A stretch of 32,000 nt of DNA from Candidatus Altimarinota bacterium (GCA_041659405.1 JBAZYK010000013.1:22325-54324), one strand, 5' to 3'; shown: positions 9,093 through 17,967, numbered from the stretch's first letter. The notes: generated by a model not told the origin, from the sequence alone. Program-made: numbers and translations.

Positions 9093-9650
9093 ATGAATAA
9101 GAAATTATTGGCATCCGGAAGTGCGTTTGTAGTTTTACTTATGGTAGGCTCCGGCATCGGTTTTGCCCAAGTGGCTCCTACAGAATCGTCTACTGCAGAT
9201 CAAGAAAATACTTCAAAAGGAGCTTGGCATTTTAACCATAACTTTAAGCCAAATTCAAATTCGGACGCAGGTATGACTATGCTTGCAACCAAACTTGGCC
9301 TTAATGCCGATCAGGTTAAACGGAAGCTGCAATCAGGGAAAAGTTTCAAACAGATTCTTGCTGACCGTGGCATTACTCGCAATCGCCATTTTGGCGGTGG
9401 ATTAATGGCTCCTGAAATGCTTCAGGCACAGGCTAATGCTTTGGGTATTACGGTTGATCAACTAAAACTGGATTTAAAAAACAAGCAAACTCCACGCCAG
9501 ATTGCCACCACTCAAGGGCTTACTATCGCGCAATTTAACCAAAAGCTCGCTCAACAACTTCAAACAATGATTCAAAATGGAACAATCACCGGCGACAAAG
9601 TTACTTTCTTTAACCGCATTATTAAAAGATTGAACCAGCCTAAACAATAA
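9093..9650 (+). CDS. Secreted small protein with tandem helical repeats
   Basis: Signal peptide MNKKLLASGSAFVVLLMVGSGIGFAQ; repeated units 'LGLNADQVKRKLQSGKSFKQILADRGI' and 'LGITVDQLKLDLKNKQTPRQIATTQGLT'. Confidence 0.75.
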   Translation: MNKKLLASGSAFVVLLMVGSGIGFAQVAPTESSTADQENTSKGAWHFNHNFKPNSNSDAGMTMLATKLGLNADQVKRKLQSGKSFKQILADRGITRNRHFGGGLMAPEMLQAQANALGITVDQLKLDLKNKQTPRQIATTQGLTIAQFNQKLAQQLQTMIQNGTITGDKVTFFNRIIKRLNQPKQ

Positions 9651-9664
9651 CCCGAGCCAACCGC

Positions 9665-11521
9665 TTGCCCCATATGAAAGATCAAATCAACCAGTTTTTA
9701 AAAAATATTACCCGTCGTAAAGGTTTACTCGCTATAATAATTTTGGTGTTGATAGGTATCATTTATTTTGGTTATCAATCAACAAAAGGTGCCGACACTA
9801 CACCTCATTATACCCTTACAGATCTAACCAAAGGGACTTTAGTCGTTTCCATTTCCGGATCCGGACAAGTTATTGCATCAAACCAGTTGGATATAAAACC
9901 GCAAGCTTCAGGTCTAATCACGGCTGTTAATGTTAAACAGGGCGATATAGTAAAATCAGGACAAGTGTTAGCGATTATTGATCAGCGAAGCGCCGCTGCT
10001 TCTGTATTACAATCAAAATCTTCCGTGGCATCGGCTCAGGCAAGCTACAATAAACTGGTTGCAGGCACCACAAGTACAGATCTAAAAGTAAGCCAAACTT
10101 CAGTTGATTCGGCCAAGTCAAGCCTGGATAGCGCGCAAAAAAGTGGAGATATGACCATCATAAGCGCTCAAAATAGTTTAGAAAACGCCAAAAGAAATTA
10201 TGAAAATGTAAAAAATCAACAAGATATAGCTGTCAAAAATGCCCATACGGATTTACTGAATTCATCTTTAGAAGCACTTCCAAGCGATCAAGCTTCAACT
10301 GCAACAGTAGCTATTTCCGGAACTTATGCTGGAACCAAGGAAGGCAGTTTCCAGATCAGAGTTTATAATGGTGGCAACGGCCAATATTATTATTCAATCG
10401 ATCCAAACGGAGCGGCATCGACATCGGCAATTATCACTCCCGGGTTGTCCCAACCACTTGGAGATGGGTTATATATAACTTTTAGTACAGGAACTATCTA
10501 CAGTACAACTTGGACTATCGACCTTCCAAACACCAAAGCTTCTGATTACCTGAGCAATTACAACGCCTACCAAGAAGCTTTACAAAATCAGCCTCAGGCT
10601 TTGGCTACTGCACAAGCTTCTGTTGACTCAGCCCAAATCGCCTTAGATCAGGCCAAACTGCAAGTTCAAAACTCCATTACAAGTGCCCAAAATTCTCTTA
10701 TAACTGCGCAGACAAATTTGGAAGCAAAACAGGTTCCCGCGCTCAAAGAAGATGTTGCTGCCTCACAGGCCCAATTGGATAGTGCCAACGCGCAACTCAT
10801 GATTACCGAAACCAATGCTTCAAATAACATTATTACCGCTCCATTCAGCGGAGAAATCGCCACTGTCAGCATTCAAAAAGGTGACACGGCCAGTTCGGGA
10901 ACTGCCGCCTTTACGCTAATCACTAAAGAGAAAATGGCCCAAATTTCCTTGAACGAAGTTGATATCGCCAAAGTTAAAATTGGCCAAAAAGCCACACTCA
11001 AAATTGATGCACTAAATAGCAATACTTTTGCCGGACAGGTAACATCCATAGATGTTTTAGGAACAGTGACTCAGGGCGTTGTAAATTATAACGTAAAAAT
11101 AGTTTTCCTTGATAACGACGATCGAATTATGCCGGGCATGAGTGTTAGCGCCGGAATAATTACCGATGTTAAACAGGATATTCTGATGGTTCCAAACGCT
11201 GCCGTTAAATCCCAAAATAGTATTAGTTACATAGAAATACTTGATGTTTCAAATCCGGTAAATATCCAAACCTCCGCAGATGAAACAGTAATTTCTAAAA
11301 AGCTACCGGCGCAGGAACAGGTTATCGTTGGCGCAACAAATGACACAAGCACCGAAATTTCCGGAACGAATATTAAAGAAGGTGATCAGGTCATAATTAA
11401 AACTACAGTTGGTAGCAAAGCCGCAACTGGTAGCTCATCCGGTAGTTTGGGTGGTTTAAGAATTCCAGGCGTTAGTGGTGGTGCGGGAGGTAACTTTGGC
11501 GGAGGCGCAAGAGGAAATTAA
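9665..11521 (+). CDS. HlyD/MacA-family periplasmic adaptor subunit with an inserted beta-rich domain and Gly-rich C-terminus
   Basis: Single N-terminal TM; HlyD barrel-sandwich 'VVSISGSGQVIASNQLDIKPQASGLITAVNVKQGDIVKSGQVLAIID'; 'NNIITAPFSGEIATVSIQKGDTASSG'; downstream MacB-like genes. Confidence 0.9.
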   Translation: MPHMKDQINQFLKNITRRKGLLAIIILVLIGIIYFGYQSTKGADTTPHYTLTDLTKGTLVVSISGSGQVIASNQLDIKPQASGLITAVNVKQGDIVKSGQVLAIIDQRSAAASVLQSKSSVASAQASYNKLVAGTTSTDLKVSQTSVDSAKSSLDSAQKSGDMTIISAQNSLENAKRNYENVKNQQDIAVKNAHTDLLNSSLEALPSDQASTATVAISGTYAGTKEGSFQIRVYNGGNGQYYYSIDPNGAASTSAIITPGLSQPLGDGLYITFSTGTIYSTTWTIDLPNTKASDYLSNYNAYQEALQNQPQALATAQASVDSAQIALDQAKLQVQNSITSAQNSLITAQTNLEAKQVPALKEDVAASQAQLDSANAQLMITETNASNNIITAPFSGEIATVSIQKGDTASSGTAAFTLITKEKMAQISLNEVDIAKVKIGQKATLKIDALNSNTFAGQVTSIDVLGTVTQGVVNYNVKIVFLDNDDRIMPGMSVSAGIITDVKQDILMVPNAAVKSQNSISYIEILDVSNPVNIQTSADETVISKKLPAQEQVIVGATNDTSTEISGTNIKEGDQVIIKTTVGSKAATGSSSGSLGGLRIPGVSGGAGGNFGGGARGN

Positions 11522-11530
11522 GCAATAATC

Positions 11531-12241
11531 ATGATCGAAATTAAAAACATCACCAAAACCTACATAACAGGCGACGTTGAAACACCTGTACTTAAAGGAA
11601 TTTCCTTTACAATTAAAGATGGTGAATTTGTCGCGATTATGGGACCTTCCGGTTCAGGCAAATCAACTCTTATGCATATTTTGGGAGCCTTGGATTCGCC
11701 AACAGGTGGACAATATTTTTTGGATGGACAGGACGTTTCCAAACTTAGTGATGATGAACTTGCCGATATCCGCCGCACCAAAATCGGGTTTGTTTTTCAG
11801 GCTTTTAATCTTTTGCCAAGAGCCACCGTTTTTAGAAATGTGATGTTGCCGCTGATTTATGCCGAAATTCCCGAAAAGGAACGTGAAGAGAAAACTAAAA
11901 AAGCACTACTCGCTGCGGGACTGGATGAAGATCGCTGGTATCACCACTCCAACCAGATTTCCGGTGGACAGATGCAGCGCGTTGCCATTGCCCGTTCACT
12001 TGTAAATAATCCTTCTCTTATTTTAGCTGATGAACCAACAGGTAACCTGGACACCAAAACCGGTGAAGTTGTGATGGGAACTTTTCAGCAGCTGAATGAA
12101 AAACATGGGCATACTATTGTACTTATTACTCATGAACTTAATGTGGCGGAACATGCCGATCGCATTATTCACTTGCGTGATGGAGTCGTCATCGAAGACA
12201 AAAAAAATGGTCACCGAAAATTAATTAATCATCACGCCTAA
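11531..12241 (+). CDS. ABC transporter ATP-binding protein (MacB/LolD-like NBD)
   Basis: [44 protein letters not shown]. Confidence 0.95.
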   Translation: MIEIKNITKTYITGDVETPVLKGISFTIKDGEFVAIMGPSGSGKSTLMHILGALDSPTGGQYFLDGQDVSKLSDDELADIRRTKIGFVFQAFNLLPRATVFRNVMLPLIYAEIPEKEREEKTKKALLAAGLDEDRWYHHSNQISGGQMQRVAIARSLVNNPSLILADEPTGNLDTKTGEVVMGTFQQLNEKHGHTIVLITHELNVAEHADRIIHLRDGVVIEDKKNGHRKLINHHA

Positions 12242-13467
12242 TGTTAATTGCTGATTTAGTCCACGAAACTTATGCGGCTGTCACCGTTAACAAGGTCCGC
12301 ACGGCTTTAACGATTTTAGGAATTGTCATTGGTATTGGCTCGGTAATTGCCATGGTTGCAATTGGCCAGGGTGTTCAAAATTCAATTCAAGCCAGCATTC
12401 AATCAATCGGCTCAAATCTTATTATCGTGACCCCAGGGGCCCAGCGCGGTGCCGGAGTGCAAGTTAGTGCAGGTAGAGGAAGTGCTCAGTCGCTAATCGA
12501 AGATGATGCAACGGCAATTAAAAAAGATATTACTGATGCCTCCGCAGTTGCTCCGGAAATTTCCAAAAGATACCAGGTTACTTCCAAGGGTTTAAACACC
12601 AACACTCAAATCACCGGAACAACACCGGATTATCCCGCTGTTCGCAATGTGGAGATTGATGAAGGTACTTTTATTACCGATCAAAATGTTATCGGTCTGA
12701 ATAAAGTTGCGGTACTTGGACCAACTACCCGTGATGATCTTTTTGGGGTAGGAGCTACAGAGGTGATTGGTCAAACCATTCGCATCAACAAAATGGAATT
12801 TAAGATTATTGGCATCACAAAGGCTAAAGGTGGCAGTGGCTTTAGTAATCCCGATGATGCCATTTACATTCCAATATCAACAGCCAGCCGTTTTTTAGCG
12901 GGAAATAATTATGTGACAACAATTTCAGTACAGTCTAAAGAATCCGCTACTTTAGCTGATGTTCAACAACAAATAACGGATTTACTGCTGCAACGCCACA
13001 AAATTTCCGACCCCCAGTTGGCTGATTTCAGCACGTTAAATCAGGCCGATATTGTGGCTACAGCTTCAACGGTAACCGGCACATTTACAATTTTACTTGC
13101 TGCCATCGCCGCTATTTCTTTGCTCGTTGGCGGTATCGGCATTATGAATATGATGCTTACCACAGTTACCGAAAGAACCCGCGAAATCGGTTTGCGTAAA
13201 GCAATTGGCGCCAAAAAGAATGACATCAGTATTCAGTTTTTGGCAGAATCAATTATGCTCACCTTTTTAGGAGGAATGATTGGCGTGTTTTTAGGGTGGC
13301 TCATTTCTTTTGCCGTGAGCGTGTTCGCCAATATTCCCACCAGTGTTTCTTTATCTTCAGTACTTTTGGCTTTTGGCGTTTCCGCCGGTATCGGCATCGT
13401 TTTTGGATACTATCCGGCACGTCGTGCCGCGGGACTTAATCCAATCGAGGCCTTACGTTACGAATAA
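12241..13467 (+). CDS. ABC transporter permease (MacB/FtsX family)
   Basis: TAATG overlap with the ATPase gene; VRTALTILGIVIGIGSVIAMVAIGQG, MacB_PCD-like extracytosolic domain, and GGIGIMNMMLTTVTERTREIGLRKAIGAKK. Confidence 0.93.
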   Translation: MLIADLVHETYAAVTVNKVRTALTILGIVIGIGSVIAMVAIGQGVQNSIQASIQSIGSNLIIVTPGAQRGAGVQVSAGRGSAQSLIEDDATAIKKDITDASAVAPEISKRYQVTSKGLNTNTQITGTTPDYPAVRNVEIDEGTFITDQNVIGLNKVAVLGPTTRDDLFGVGATEVIGQTIRINKMEFKIIGITKAKGGSGFSNPDDAIYIPISTASRFLAGNNYVTTISVQSKESATLADVQQQITDLLLQRHKISDPQLADFSTLNQADIVATASTVTGTFTILLAAIAAISLLVGGIGIMNMMLTTVTERTREIGLRKAIGAKKNDISIQFLAESIMLTFLGGMIGVFLGWLISFAVSVFANIPTSVSLSSVLLAFGVSAGIGIVFGYYPARRAAGLNPIEALRYE

Positions 13468-13495
13468 TTTTATTATTTATTAACTCTCATAATTT

Positions 13496-13981
13496 ATGAA
13501 AAAGATAGTTGTTCCGGTTTTAATTACGGCCGTGGTTGTAGGCGGTTTATCATTCTATGGTGGCATGCAATATCAGCAAAGCACACTTAATGCTCAAAGA
13601 CAGCAAAGAACGGGTAGTTTTGGTGGAGCCGGTGGTATTGGAGCGGCAGGTTTCGGTGGCGCAGCAGGTGTTCGCGGACAAGCCGCCGGCATGATAAATG
13701 GTGACATTATCAGCAGCGACGATAAAAGCATTACTGTAAAAACACGCGATGGTGGCTCTAAAATCGTTTTTTTCTCCGGATCAACCGGCATCACAAAATC
13801 AGTTGATGGTGTTGCAAGTGATTTGGCAACAGGTAAAACGGTAATTGTAAGTGGTACAGCAAATTCAGACGGCAGTGTTACCGCACAAACAATTCAGCTT
13901 CGCCCACAGGCACCTGCAGGCACTCCAAATACAACCTCTCAACAAACTCAAACTGGCGCTTCGGAGCAGACTAAAAAATAA
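13496..13981 (+). CDS. Membrane-anchored/secreted DUF5666-like protein with Gly/Ala-rich linker
   Basis: N-terminal hydrophobic segment; 'NGDIISSDDKSITVKTRDGGSKIVFFSGSTGITKSVDGVASDLATGKTVIVSGTANSDGSVTAQTIQLRP'. Confidence 0.75.
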   Translation: MKKIVVPVLITAVVVGGLSFYGGMQYQQSTLNAQRQQRTGSFGGAGGIGAAGFGGAAGVRGQAAGMINGDIISSDDKSITVKTRDGGSKIVFFSGSTGITKSVDGVASDLATGKTVIVSGTANSDGSVTAQTIQLRPQAPAGTPNTTSQQTQTGASEQTKK

Positions 13982-13988
13982 TAAGTTC

Positions 13989-14762
13989 CTAAGTTTTCAA
14001 CCCGGCGCCCTTTTTTAAAAGCACCAGTGCGATTGTTGCCAGTGTTATTGTGAACCCAACCAAAATCGCTGCGCTTACTGCCACATTCACGTCGGAAGCT
14101 CCAAAAAATCCGTAACGGAAACCGTCAATCATATAAAGAACGGGATTTAATCTGGAAAGATTTTGCCAAAAAACCGGCAAGTCTTTGATCGAATAAAAAA
14201 CTCCACCGAAATAGGTCAGGGGAGTCAAAATAAACGTTGGAAAAATACTGATATCATCAAACTTTGTGGCAAAAAGCGCATTAATAAAGCCTGCCAAAGC
14301 AAACAAAATTGAAGTTAAAACAATAAAAGTTATCACAATGCCAAGGTTGTAAATCTCCAAATGCGTAAAAAAAGCCGAAACAATAAAAATAATTATACCA
14401 ACCAGAATTCCCCTAAGCACTCCGCCAATTGTAAAACCGGCTAAGATGATCCAATTTGGCGTGGGGGAGACCATCAGTTCCTCAATATTACGATTGAATT
14501 TAGCGCCAAAAAAAGAACTCACCACGTTGGCAAAAGAACTCGTAATCACCGCCATCATCACCAAACCCGGCACAATGAAAGCCATATAAGGAACACCATG
14601 AATGTTTTTGATCTGTGAGCCAATAAAAGCCCCAAAGATCACAAAATAAAGAGCTTGATTGATCACCGGAGGCAACAAAGTTTGCATCCAGATCCTTAAA
14701 AATCGGACTATTTCTTTTCTGACAATAGTGTAAAAAGCGATCCAGTTATTTTTTAGTATCAT
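13989..14762 (-). CDS. ABC-2 type exporter permease (YadH/NodJ-like)
   Basis: Hydrophobic; family motifs 'YMAFIVPGLVMMAVITSSF', 'NIEELMVSPT', 'LTYFGGVFYSIKDLP...NPVLYMIDGFRYGFFG'. Confidence 0.9.
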   Translation of the reverse strand: MILKNNWIAFYTIVRKEIVRFLRIWMQTLLPPVINQALYFVIFGAFIGSQIKNIHGVPYMAFIVPGLVMMAVITSSFANVVSSFFGAKFNRNIEELMVSPTPNWIILAGFTIGGVLRGILVGIIIFIVSAFFTHLEIYNLGIVITFIVLTSILFALAGFINALFATKFDDISIFPTFILTPLTYFGGVFYSIKDLPVFWQNLSRLNPVLYMIDGFRYGFFGASDVNVAVSAAILVGFTITLATIALVLLKKGAGLKT

Positions 14763-15666
14763 GCGTTTTTAAAATGTTTAAAAATAGCTGCTCCAGGCGG
14801 TTTCCTTTCGGTTTTAAATCCTTAACGGTAATGCCATTTTCATGAAGCAGTGAAACCAGATCCGTCACATTCTGGTTGAGCCCCAAGTCCACTTCCATCG
14901 TCGAATCATCAATAACTTTTAAGTCGAAATCCTGAATTTTGCCCTGACCGATCAGTTTATTCACTGTTACCACATAGGTCTGCTTTTCCAATGAATTTAC
15001 CAGATTTTTCACAGTTCCGCTTTTTACAATTTCACCTTCTTTAATAATTGCCACGGTTTTGCAAAGCTGCTCAGCCTCTTCCAGATAGTGCGTAGTCAAT
15101 AAAATGGTGGTCCCGTTTTTGTTTAGTGCACTCAAATAATTCCACATCTCATGACGGAGTTCCACGTCGACTCCAGCGGTTGGTTCATCCAAAATTAAAA
15201 GTTTTGGCCGATGAACCAAAGCTCTGGCAATCATCAATCTTCGCTTCATCCCGCCGGAAAGTGCTCTTCCAGGTTGCCCGCGCTTATCCCATAAATTCAA
15301 AGCTTTCAAAATATGTGCCGTTTCTTTTAACGCAGTCTGTCGCGGCACACCAAAATATCCGGCCTGTGTTACCACAATATCTTCAACCTTTTCAAAAATA
15401 TTAAAATTAAATTCCTGCGGAACAACACCGATTAACTGTTTGGCCCTATTCAAATCATGATCAAGATCAAACTCATGAATTTTCACCAAACCGGAAGTCT
15501 TGTTCACCAAACCGGTCAGAATGCCAATAATCGTAGTTTTTCCGGCACCATTTGCCCCAAGCAAAGCAAAAAAATCACCCTTCTTTACCTGAAGATTCAC
15601 GCCTTTTAAAGCCAGCGTACCGGTTGAATATTTTTTTGTTAGATTTTCGATTGTGATTGCATTCAT
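14746..15666 (-). CDS. ABC-2 type exporter ATP-binding protein (YadG/CcmA-like)
   Basis: LGANGAGKTTIIGILTG, LSGGMKRRLMIARAL, LLILDEPTAGVD. 17-nt overlap with the permease gene. Confidence 0.93.
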   Translation of the reverse strand: MNAITIENLTKKYSTGTLALKGVNLQVKKGDFFALLGANGAGKTTIIGILTGLVNKTSGLVKIHEFDLDHDLNRAKQLIGVVPQEFNFNIFEKVEDIVVTQAGYFGVPRQTALKETAHILKALNLWDKRGQPGRALSGGMKRRLMIARALVHRPKLLILDEPTAGVDVELRHEMWNYLSALNKNGTTILLTTHYLEEAEQLCKTVAIIKEGEIVKSGTVKNLVNSLEKQTYVVTVNKLIGQGKIQDFDLKVIDDSTMEVDLGLNQNVTDLVSLLHENGITVKDLKPKGNRLEQLFLNILKTHDTKK

Positions 15667-16421
15667 TTTAGAATTTTTTTCATGGATTTATAATTTATAA
15701 ACGGGACTGTAAGATTAGCCAAAAGTAGGCCACCTGTAAACGAGGCGGCCGGATAAACCTGCAACATCACAAAGGTAAAAAGCGCCGTAAGTACTCCAAA
15801 TTTCATTTGTTGATTTGGGAAAATTGGAGCGGTCTTTGGATCTGTCAGCATAAAGAAAGTAAAAAAGAACGAGATCCCGATATTTAAAAAAAGTTCCTCC
15901 ACAATCACCAAATGATAAAAATATGCCTTATAACAAATTAAAGCCGCAAAAGTTATCAAAAAAGCAAAAATCATTTTCCAGTGGCCCGCGTATTTCATCA
16001 TCAAAATCGCCCCCAGAATAATCGTTATAATATGGCTGTAATCAGCCCACCAGCCCAAAGCTATTTTAAAAAACAGCATACCAATTAAAAGACCAAACGC
16101 CGCCGGATTTAAAACCGACCGTTTATTTATTTGGAAAAGATATTTGGAAATAATCGCCAAAACGGAAATCACGGCAATTGCCACAAGCGAAGAATTCGGC
16201 CCGGCCACCATGCCAATAATTAAGCCTGTAATAATTGCCGATTCTGAAATCTTCCATTTCTTGGTTTTCAAATAATCGGCTATCCCGCTTGTTAAAACCG
16301 CGCAAATTACCGCTACCGCAAGCTGTCCCAAAACACTTTCGTAGCCATAATGATAGCCGGAAATAATTCCTGCTATTAGAAGCAAAATTATGGTCCACTT
16401 TTTTACATTTAAAGTTGGCAT
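15663..16421 (-). CDS. NqrB/RnfD-family membrane protein
   Basis: Polytopic; 'KRSVLNPAAFGLLIG', 'FFFTFFMLTDPKTAPIFP'. 4-nt ATGA overlap with the downstream ABC ATPase gene. Confidence 0.8.
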   Translation of the reverse strand: MPTLNVKKWTIILLLIAGIISGYHYGYESVLGQLAVAVICAVLTSGIADYLKTKKWKISESAIITGLIIGMVAGPNSSLVAIAVISVLAIISKYLFQINKRSVLNPAAFGLLIGMLFFKIALGWWADYSHIITIILGAILMMKYAGHWKMIFAFLITFAALICYKAYFYHLVIVEELFLNIGISFFFTFFMLTDPKTAPIFPNQQMKFGVLTALFTFVMLQVYPAASFTGGLLLANLTVPFINYKSMKKILK

Positions 16422-16435
16422 AAAAGCGAAGTAAA

Positions 16436-17428
16436 TTAAGGTTGGAAATAAGCTCTCATTTTAGGGCTCATGTAGAGCTCATTTTTATTATCTATCAGCA
16501 AACAGGAACAGCCTTCAAATTTTTCTATAAACAAAATAGCACTTTCTACAGGCATAAAAAAGATCGCCGTACTTAAAACGTCGGCCATTTTTGCCGTAGG
16601 TGCAACAACCGTAACGCTGCTAAGTTCATTTTCCTGATTTGGCGAATTAGCCGGATTAGAATTGGCGCGGTTAGCCTGCGGAGCTGCCTGGCTCGCCAGA
16701 TGTGCTGCCGCGTTAACCAGATGCAGCTTTCCTTCATCCGCCAATTTTTCTTTTCTAAAATAATTCCCGGATGTACAAATTGCCGCGTCAATAATATGAA
16801 GAACAGTTATCAGCTTTGTTGGATTTTTGGGATCACGAATGCCAACATCCCAATTTTTTTTATTTGGAGGAGTGCCTTTTACTCTAATGTCACCGCCAGC
16901 TTCAATCATCACGGCAGGCTCTTCAAAGCAGTCCATGGCCAAATCAATCGCCAATCCCTTTATCACACTGTTTAAATCCAAGGCCGCATTTTTTGGGAGT
17001 AGTACCGTCGATTTTTCTTTGTTGACCACGATTTGTTCAAAAGCAGCTAAATCCTCGGAAGTTTTAATTTCGGGAAAACTTTCATAATTCCGCTGAAAAC
17101 CGGGCGTAAACGCGCCAACCAACGGATTAAATGCGCCCTCACTTTTTTCCGCAAAACCCAACGCATAATCCAAAACATCCAAAAACAAAGGCGAAACACT
17201 GGTAACCTCGCCAGCTTTACCGTTTACCAAACAAATTTCCGAATCCGCTTTAAAAAGTGAAAATTGCTTCTCCAGATCCTTAAAAACCATAAAAGCTTTT
17301 TCAACACTTTTCTCCGTTTTTCCACCATTTCCTCCGCCAACGGACTTGTTTTCCCCGGCATCGTTTGAATAAAGAGTGATTGTAACTCTCGTATCCATAC
17401 TGGTTTGCTCAAATATTAGTGGCTGCAT
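16436..17428 (-). CDS. apbE: FAD:protein FMN transferase (ApbE family)
   Basis: 'FNPLVGAFTPG', 'ALDLNSVIKGLAIDLAMD', 'AVMIEAGGDIRVKGTPPNKKNWDVGIRDP', 'AICTSGNYFRKEK', 'VVAPTAKMADVLSTAIFF'. Confidence 0.9.
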   Translation of the reverse strand: MQPLIFEQTSMDTRVTITLYSNDAGENKSVGGGNGGKTEKSVEKAFMVFKDLEKQFSLFKADSEICLVNGKAGEVTSVSPLFLDVLDYALGFAEKSEGAFNPLVGAFTPGFQRNYESFPEIKTSEDLAAFEQIVVNKEKSTVLLPKNAALDLNSVIKGLAIDLAMDCFEEPAVMIEAGGDIRVKGTPPNKKNWDVGIRDPKNPTKLITVLHIIDAAICTSGNYFRKEKLADEGKLHLVNAAAHLASQAAPQANRANSNPANSPNQENELSSVTVVAPTAKMADVLSTAIFFMPVESAILFIEKFEGCSCLLIDNKNELYMSPKMRAYFQP

Positions 17429-17433
17429 GAAAG

Positions 17434-17967
17434 CTATTTTGATTGTGCAATAATTTGTTTTAAATCATCTCTAAAAGCATCACTTGTATAAGTTGCTCCG
17501 GAAACGCCATCAATTAAATCGTTCTGGGCCTGCATTGCCTGTTTTGCAAGATAAGAAGCTGCATAAATAGAAGGAGGGGAGGCGGGAATTTTAATTGGTT
17601 TAACACTGGTCCATTGCCCATTTTTAACGGTAACTCCAATTGTTAACGTTCCCCATGGAATATCGGAAGATGCCTTATAAACTCCATCTTTATAAGTACC
17701 AAGGCGGGTTATCTTTTGTATGGCGGGCGGAGTATTCACGTTCTGTCCCACAACGGGAGTCGGGATGGTTATTTGTTGCGTGGCAGTCTGAGTATCCACA
17801 TTTTGGTCCGCAATAGCAGCTGCCATCTGATTTTCATTCATTTGATTAATATAAATCCAGAATGCAATGATGACGCTGCCGCTAACAATACTTAAAAACA
17901 TGTTATTTGCCAGCACCTTTTTCAAATTTTCAGAAATAGTCATATAATTTAAAAATATCTCATCCAT
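17434..17967 (-). CDS. Membrane-anchored extracytosolic FMN-binding (FMN_bind) domain protein with SGAT flavinylation motif
   Basis: One TM helix (NNMFLSIVSGSVIIAFWIYI), then 'YKDGVYKAS...WGTLTIGVTVKNGQWTSVKP...LIDGVSGATYTSDAFRDDL'. ORF track starts at a GTG at 17982; ATG at 17967 is preferred. Confidence 0.88.
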   Translation of the reverse strand: MDEIFLNYMTISENLKKVLANNMFLSIVSGSVIIAFWIYINQMNENQMAAAIADQNVDTQTATQQITIPTPVVGQNVNTPPAIQKITRLGTYKDGVYKASSDIPWGTLTIGVTVKNGQWTSVKPIKIPASPPSIYAASYLAKQAMQAQNDLIDGVSGATYTSDAFRDDLKQIIAQSK

